A DNA stretch of 5,906 nt from Octopus sinensis. Its lineage: Eukaryota. The stretch is taken from contig NW_021829796.1 in NCBI RefSeq assembly GCF_006345805.1, positions 1 to 5,906 on the forward strand, read 5' to 3'. Shown here one piece after another: positions 1 to 5,809 of this stretch. The first letter of the stretch is position 1; each line of letters begins with the position of its first letter. The notes below the pieces were generated by a model. That model saw nothing but the letters and a program-made list of their open reading frames with translations. It did not search any database and had not been told where the DNA came from. The position numbers and the translations under genes were made by a program.

Positions 1-29
1 ATTATATATATATATATATATTATATATA

Positions 30-69
<40 letters not shown>

Positions 70-95
70 ATTACTATATATATATACATACATAC

Positions 96-179
<84 letters not shown>

Positions 180-190
180 TATATAGTATA
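1..190. repeat. (TA)n microsatellite, imperfect, truncated by window start
   Basis: Near-continuous TA dinucleotides with a few CA and T interruptions. Confidence 0.98.
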
Positions 191-316
191 CACACGACAT
201 TAAAGCAACCACGCTGAGACGGTCAAATGAATACGTGACGAAAATCAATTTGTCAAGATGCTGCTCGCCTCGCAACTTTAACTGCGAGAAAAAGGAAAGC
301 GAAAAATAAAGAGAAT

Positions 317-347
<31 letters not shown>

Positions 348-355
348 AGAGAGAG
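317..355. repeat. (GA)n microsatellite
   Basis: gagagagaga run with two small phase shifts. Confidence 0.95.
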
Positions 356-631
356 TCAGGTACGGAACGGGAGAGGGAGAGGTGGGGAAACACAGAAAGG
401 AAGCTTCTGTGTGACTATAATAATGGGCATAGTTAACTGTACTTTTTGATCTGATCACCTGCCAGGAAAGTAAGTATAAAGCAAGGCAAGAATAAGAAGC
501 TGACAGTTAGCCTTTCCCGTCGTTAAGAAATCATTAACACCTCGATCATTTAATGAGATCAGTCAGACAATTAAGATCTCGCAAGCCAGCTAGCGAGACA
601 TTATGATAGTCCAGCATAGAAGGCGGCGAGC

Positions 632-642
632 TGGCAGAATCG
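632..642 (+). promoter_or_regulatory. Pol III A-box-like motif of the SINE
   Basis: TGGCAGAATCG matches 10 of 11 positions of TRGCNNARYGG. Confidence 0.7.
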
Positions 643-693
643 TTAGCACGCCGGGCGAAATGCGTAGCCGTATTTCGTCTGCCGTTACGTTGT

Positions 694-706
694 GAGTTCA
701 AATTCC
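694..706 (+). promoter_or_regulatory. Pol III B-box-like motif of the SINE
   Basis: GAGTTCAAATTCC resembles GTTCRANNC and lies about 50 nt downstream of the A-box. Confidence 0.7.
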
Positions 707-856
707 GCCGAGGTCGACTTTGCCTTTCATCCTTTCGGGGTCGATAAATTAAGTACCAGTTACGCACTGGGGTCGATGTAATCGACTTAATACCTATGTC
801 TGTCCTTGTTTGTCCCCTCTGTGTTTAGCCCCTTGTGGGTAATAAAGAAATAGGTA

Positions 857-921
857 TGTGAGAGTGTGAGTGTGTGTGTGAGAAAGAGAGAGCAGACAGA
901 CAGACAGATAGGCAGACAGAC
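857..921. repeat. Compound (GT)/(GA)/(CAGA) microsatellite directly after the SINE
   Basis: tgtgagagtgtgagtgtgtgtgtgagaaagagagagcagacagacagacag. Confidence 0.85.
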
Positions 922-1286
922 CGATCCTTTGGGAGGCTGGTTAATCTTTCTCTTTTTACTCTGAATAATGTCGCATAGCACGGCAGCTCTGAGTAACAAC
1001 ATAATTAATCAAGTTCCAAATGAGTAAATAGACTCAAGTACATTGCCACAGAAATTAATTATTTTATTTCAAGAACAGAATTTCGTTTCTTTTGTTCGTA
1101 CTTACTTCCAAAACGTTAGAATATTCCGTATGCAACATAAATCACTGAGAGTTACCCAACTTGATCCACTGTTTAAATGGCTGCTAGGTGTCACTGTTAA
1201 CACTAAATCCAGACGTTCTCATTGATTTTAATTGATCCGATTCTATAGCGACGACAACATCAATAACATAAAACAGACCTCAGTTC

Positions 1287-1342
1287 CGCGTGCGTGTGCG
1301 CGCGCGTATTTGTACGTGTGCGTGCGTGTGTGTGTGTGTGTG
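1287..1342. repeat. (GT)/(GC) alternating purine-pyrimidine tract
   Basis: cgcgtgcgtgtgcgcgcgcgtat, a tt break, then tgtacgtgtgcgtgcgtgtgtgtgtgtgtgtg. Confidence 0.9.
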
Positions 1343-1706
1343 GGCGATTGATGTAATAGTCAGCGAGAAAACATCCGATAACACGGTGCTCAGCGAGCGA
1401 AGTCCCTTGCGATATTTGTTCCGCACCGTGTTGCAGAAACAATTCCTTAGATCCGTCGCCTTTGGAAATGCAGTGAACAAGGGATTTATTGGTCCATTAA
1501 AACCTTTAACCAATGATGTTATTATTCGCCAACTGCAATATAAAATAAAATAGCAAATAAAATATAAAACGCAGTATCGTATAAAATATGATATGGATGG
1601 CCAGATAAAATATACTTTAAACTATTTAGTTCTATCTCTTTAGGTTCTGGGTTCAAATACTAAAAAGGAATTTTGCTATTCATCCATCCTGGGGCGATAA
1701 AATAAT

Positions 1707-2018
1707 GGTTTCAAATTTTGGCACACAAGTCCAGCAAGATTTTTACGGGTCGGTGGGTGTCAAGTCGATTGCGTTGACCGCAGTGTTCAAATCGAACTTA
1801 CTTCTTCGACCCCGAAAGGATGAAAGAAGAAGTCGACCGTGGCAGCATTTGGACTAAGAACGTAAAGCTTTGACCGCAGTGTTCAAATCGAACTTACTTC
1901 TTCGACCCCGAAAGGATGAAAGAAGAAGTCGACCGTGGCAGCATTTGGACTAAGAACGTAAAGCTGGACCAAATGCTACTCAGCATTTCGTTCGGAGATT
2001 TTGCCAGTTCGCTGCCTT
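1707..2018 (-). mobile_element. Diverged tRNA-derived SINE in antisense orientation, with an internal 96-bp duplication
   Basis: The reverse complement reads AAGGCAGCGAACTGGCAAAATC...GGTCGACTTCTTCTTTCATCCTTTCGGGGTCGA...CAATCGACTT, collinear with 622-788. Its tail (GGTTTCAAATTTTGGCAC on the + strand) matches 5810 onward. Confidence 0.88.
1774..1965. repeat. Perfect direct tandem duplication, 2 x 96 bp (1774-1869 and 1870-1965)
   Basis: I compared the two copies base by base and found them identical. Confidence 0.97.
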
Positions 2019-2174
2019 AAGGACCAAATAACACGATACAACGCTATAGTTCACTTATTGCTGTGTATAAAATAAAGATGTTAATGAAATGATAGAACTG
2101 GAAGGATTGGCCCGACAAAAAATAAAAAAAATCGAGCGCAATTTAGTTATGTCTCTTTGTTCTGAGTTCAAATC

Positions 2175-2576
2175 GGCAATCTTTCCGTCGATTTCCGTAA
2201 AAAAATTTTTTTTTTTACATATGGGCTTGCGGGAACTTTTGAAGTAATGAGAGCGAAAGAGACTAAGAGAAAGCGATTGTATGACGAGGGAAGTTCTTTT
2301 GAAGTTACCGTGCATGGGAAGCATTGATGTACATGTGTGTGTGTGTTTGATGGGGTGTGGGAGACAGATGTATGTTGTGTAAGTGAAGTGCTTCTGTTAG
2401 TGTGTGTGAAGAGACAGAGAGAGTAATGTGTGAAAGAAAGAGATAACTGAATTTTTTTACTTGGTGTATGTGTATATGTATGTATATTACTTCAAAAGTT
2501 CCCGCAAACCCATATGTAAAAAAAAAAAAAATTTACGGAAATCGACGGAAAGGTCTACTAGAGACGAAAGATCGCC
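2175..2576. mobile_element. Non-autonomous DNA transposon (MITE-like), 402 bp, possibly Merlin/IS1016 superfamily
   Basis: Inverted arms at 2175-2248 and 2486-2576 begin GGCAATCTTT and GGCGATCTTT. The flanks TTCAAATC (2167-2174) and TTCTAATC (2577-2584) form an 8-bp TSD with 1 mismatch. Removing the element plus one TSD (410 bp) restores the host unit to 183 bp. No transposase ORF. Confidence 0.85.
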
Positions 2577-3501
2577 TTCTAATCTTATAAAAGAACTTTG
2601 CATTTCATACATTTAGGACCGATAAATCAAAAGACGCTATAGTTCACCTATTGCGATATATAATAAAGATATAAATAGATATAGAATTGGTTAGGATGGC
2701 TTGACAGCAAAATATATTTTATGGTATTTAGTTACGCCTTTTACATTCTAAATTCAAATCTAAATTAAGTACTTTTGTCTTTCATTCATCCAAGAGTCGA
2801 TAAAATAATACGACGCTGTAGTAAATATATTGCAATATAATATAAATGAATTGATGAAATTAATAGAGATAGCTAGACATAAAGAATATTTTGCAATATT
2901 TAATAACTCATTTTTACTCCTAAATTCGGTTCCTATTAGCGAATTTTGTCTTTCACTCATCCAACACCGATGTAATAAATACAATGATATCGTTCATTCA
3001 CTAATTATAAAATAAAATACGATATAAATTAGGCCACAGAATTAATAGGGATGGCCAGGTACAAAAAAATGTCTTGCAGTATTTAGTTATGTAACTTCAC
3101 ATTTTCAGTTCATATTCTATCGTGGATGTTAATCTTTTATCCATCAAAGGCTCCTAAAATAAAAGGACGACGCTATAGTACACCAATTGCTATCTAAACC
3201 AAATAAACGCGTTGTGTAAACAGCGTGATTTGTTTGTTATATTATGAAATGTTACGTGAGGACAGGTAACCACCACCACCACCACCAGCACCTCTTCCAC
3301 CACCACTACCGGTGGCAGTAACAGCAGTTAGCGTCACAGACCGACAATGCTTTCCTTAGAAACGGGGGTAGTTACGGCGGTAACCAGGAACCAAATAAAA
3401 TATTAAAAAAAAACATTCATGTCACGCTAGGAGAGAAAGTAAGGAAGGCTTTTATATAGAAGAGAAAAACACAGATGGAAAAGATCGCCAAGAGAGGATA
3501 A

Positions 3502-3574
3502 ACATACATACATTCATACATATATGTATGTGTGTACATGTATAATATATATATATATATGTGTATATACATGT
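3502..3574. repeat. (CATA)/(TA)/(TG) compound microsatellite
   Basis: acatacatacattcatacatatatgtatgtgtgtacatgtataatatatatatatatatgtg. Confidence 0.85.
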
Positions 3575-3677
3575 GAAACCCGTCTGAAGGCAGTAAATTG
3601 TCACGCTTTCTATTTTATTAATAGCATTTAAGCATCATTATATTTCTTTCTCTTTCTCTCATTATCTATATGGCTGG

Positions 3678-3709
<32 letters not shown>

Positions 3710-3787
3710 CTATATCTATATCTCTCTCTCTCTCTCTCTCTCTATCAATCTATCTATCTCTCTTGTGTGTGTGTATGTGTGTGTGTG
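3678..3787. repeat. (CT)n/(CTAT)n/(GT)n compound microsatellite
   Basis: Successive CT, CTAT, CT and GT runs. Confidence 0.95.
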
Positions 3788-3868
3788 CTTCTTTCTTTCC
3801 TCTGTTAATCCATCTTCTTTAAGTTCGTTTGTGGCTCATCTTAACACAGTCTATTTTACTAACTACAG

Positions 3869-3958
3869 CTACCACCACCATCACTACTACTACTACTACT
3901 ACTACTACTTTCATCCACACTATCATCATAGTTTTGTTGTTGTTGTTGCTGTTTTGTT
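3869..3958. repeat. (CAC)/(TAC)/(GTT) trinucleotide repeats
   Basis: accaccaccatcactactactactactactactactac followed by gttgttgttgttg. Confidence 0.9.
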
Positions 3959-4091
3959 GGTTAGCCATAGGTCAGTTCTGGTCAAGTAGGCTTATGATCT
4001 AAAACGCCTTTAATTACAACTTTGCAATTATTCTGTCTTCTCTTATTCGGACATAATGTATCTAGAGACCACCACTGTTCACTGAGTATGG

Positions 4092-4168
4092 ATGTGTGTG
4101 TGTGTGTGTGTGTGTGTATGCGTGTATGTGTGTGTACGTGTGTGTATCTGCATGCGTGTGTGTGTGTG
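4092..4168. repeat. (GT)n microsatellite, imperfect
   Basis: Long tg run with tatg and cgtg variants. Confidence 0.95.
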
Positions 4169-4302
4169 CTTAAGACAGTGACATGAAATGTAAGAGAGAT
4201 TTGGTTGCTATTTCTAGCAAAGGTACCCTCGTTCCTTAACAGTGTTCATATTGTTATTGTTCGTTGACGGCTTTCGTCTTAACACCCACAGTTTATCGTG
4301 AC

Positions 4303-4344
4303 TACCACCACCACCACCACCACTACCACTACTACTACTACTAC
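4303..4344. repeat. (CAC)n(TAC)n trinucleotide repeat
   Basis: tac(cac)6 tac cac (tac)5. Confidence 0.95.
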
Positions 4345-4658
4345 AATTGCGGCTATTAAGGACACTAAAATCAACAATGGCTACTTTTTGTTTGTTTATA
4401 CATTGACAGCAATCAACGGCCATATTTCGTTGTTGTTGTTGTTGTGCCAATTGACTTAATTATACAACTAGTTGTTGTGGTGATCGGGCAAAGCAATGCG
4501 CCGGGAGACCCACACCCGCAGATTAGCATCGGAGCCCCTTGACCCGAGATGCCCCACCACTGCCAGCTAGCTACTAGTGTCCAGAGTGTACAATCCTTGA
4601 GATGACACTCGGTAGTTGAGGTGTTAGTGGTCGGATATCAGCGGTGGGTGGGGTAACG

Positions 4659-5059
4659 GTTGTTGTTAGCGTTATTGTTGTTGCTATTGTATTGTGGTGG
4701 TGGTGGTGGTGGTGGTGATGGTGGTGGTACAGTGACGCTGTTATTTAAGGTAAAGGTAGCGGTACCAGTGGTGATGGTGGTAGTGGTGGTCAGTTATGAT
4801 AGTAGTAGTTGCAGGTGTAGCCGTTATGATAGTAATACAGGTGGTGGTGGTAGCGGCGGTGGTGGTGGTGGTGGTGGTAGCGGCAGTGGTGGTGGTGGTG
4901 GTGGTGGTGGAGGGGGTAGCTAGTGTTGTTGTTGTGGTGCAGGTGGTAGTTATGGTGCTGGTGGCAGTGATAGTTGTTGTTGTGGTGGTGGTGGTGGTGG
5001 TGGTGGTGGTATGGTTTTCATCCAGGTGGTAGTAGTCATCATAGCAGTTCCTTTATTTC

Positions 5060-5090
<31 letters not shown>

Positions 5091-5310
5091 GGTGGTGGTA
5101 GTATTAGTAGTAGTAGTAGTAGTAGTAGTTGTTGTTGTTTTAAATATTCTTACAATAGTCGTTGTTATGGCTGTTGTTAATATGGTTATTATCATATGGT
5201 CTTGTGGTCATGTTGTTATAGTTATTGCTATTGCTATAGTGGTGGGCATGGTAAGGCTGGTTGCTGCTGCTGTTTTTGTTGTTGCTGCTGCTGTTGTTGT
5301 TGTTGTTGTT
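4659..5310. repeat. Long G/T-rich mosaic of trinucleotide repeats (GGT, GTA, GTT, GCT)
   Basis: About 650 bp of interleaved triplet runs. It produces the poly-V, poly-G, poly-W and poly-T ORFs in the track. Confidence 0.93.
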
Positions 5311-5548
5311 AATACAATTGCTAACATTTGTTTATTTCCTTTTCTTCCCTTATTTCTGTAAATTCTATTTATTTACTTCAACACTTCCTGACAGCCCACC
5401 ATCTTGACCCCATTTTTCACAAATCCACAACCTTTCATGACCCTTGTTTATTTCATATTCCTTAATCCACCGGAGCACTTGCTTAATAATCGACACCTTT
5501 TCAGTTGAGGATATTTTTTCTCGGGTTTTTTATATACATGTTGCGACA

Positions 5549-5786
5549 TGTGTGTGTGTATGTTGAGTGTGTGTGTGAGTGTATGTTTGTTTGTGTGTGT
5601 GCACACACACACACACACATATATATACATACATACATACATACATACACACATACATACATACATACACACATACAACACACTACATACACACATACAT
5701 ACATACATACATACATACATACATACACACATACATACACACATACATACACACATACATACATACATACATACATACATACATAC
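5549..5786. repeat. (GT)n followed by (CA)n/(CATA)n microsatellite
   Basis: TG-rich 5549-5601, then CA and CATA runs to 5786. Confidence 0.97.
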
Positions 5787-5809
5787 AAAAATATAAACAT
5801 ATATATATT

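Larger units (their letters stand above)
622..854 (+). mobile_element. tRNA-derived SINE, apparently full length (octopus-type; family not assigned)
   Basis: The head GGCGGCGAGCTGGCAGAATCG has an A-box-like motif, and GAGTTCAAATTCC is B-box-like. A core GGTCGACTTTGCCTTTCATCCTTTCGGGGTCGATAAA is shared with the other copies here, and the tail ends in AATAAAGAAATAGG. It matches my memory of abundant octopus SINEs. No clear TSD. Confidence 0.88.
1515..3207 (+). repeat. Degenerate tandem array of about 180-bp units (22-bp linker plus SINE head/core); 5 units and a partial sixth, interrupted by two insertions
   Basis: Linker copies start at 1515, 2040, 2633, 2812, 2983 and 3169, with uninterrupted spacings of 179, 171 and 186. 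Collinear anchors recur: GGATGGC at 1595, 2694 and 3049; ATTTAGTT at 1624, 2141, 2726 and 3081; plus TTCAAAT, TTTGTCTTTCA and CGATAAAATAA. Confidence 0.85.

Noticed and set aside
269-412. Short hairpins CTCGCA/TGCGAG (269-288) and ACACAGAA/TTCTGTGT (390-412)
   Set aside because: Stems of 6-8 bp are expected by chance in 5.9 kb, and neither has a downstream U-tract or a gene context.
63-458. 131-aa ORF on the - strand
   Set aside because: It is made of (TA)n and (GA)n repeats (YIYI and SLSL runs) with no domain.
622-710. Functional tRNA gene
   Set aside because: It has A- and B-box-like motifs, but I cannot fold a canonical cloverleaf, and it continues into a SINE core and tail with other copies nearby.
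546-767. 73-aa ORF on the - strand
   Set aside because: It is the antisense of the SINE, starts at a non-ATG codon and has no recognisable protein.
1260-1553. Three overlapping ORFs of 60-87 aa
   Set aside because: They are short, partly made of the (GT)n tract, on both strands, and have no recognisable motif.
2180-2583. Helitron interpretation (A|TC ... CTAA|T)
   Set aside because: The long TIRs and 8-bp TSD at 2175-2576 explain the boundaries better and restore the host unit length. Helitrons make no TSD.
2055-3015. ORFs at 2055-2324, 2760-2984 and 2830-3015
   Set aside because: They run across array units and the MITE boundary, so they are chance frames in AT-rich repeat DNA. None resembles a transposase.
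1515-3207. CRISPR-like reading of the regularly spaced 22-bp conserved motif
   Set aside because: The intervening segments are about 155 bp and homologous to each other, not unique 25-45-bp spacers. The repeats are degenerate, there are no cas genes, and the context is eukaryotic.
232-3259. bZIP/CRE-like sites (TACGTGACG near 232, TTACGTGA near 3252) and scattered AATAAA or TATA motifs
   Set aside because: Short motifs with no associated transcript cannot be distinguished from background.
3242-3355. Minus-strand Gly-rich frame GKHCRSVTLTAVTATGSGGGRGAGGGGGGYLSSRNIS*
   Set aside because: It has only 37 codons, no ATG, only an AAG acceptor, and its Gly run is a (CAC)n microsatellite.
4660-5361. 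Poly-V, poly-G, poly-W and poly-T ORFs, including a Met-less mucin-like Thr-rich minus frame
   Set aside because: These are direct translations of GGT, GTA and GTT repeats, which lack stops in several frames. The V-rich 'transmembrane' look is an artefact.
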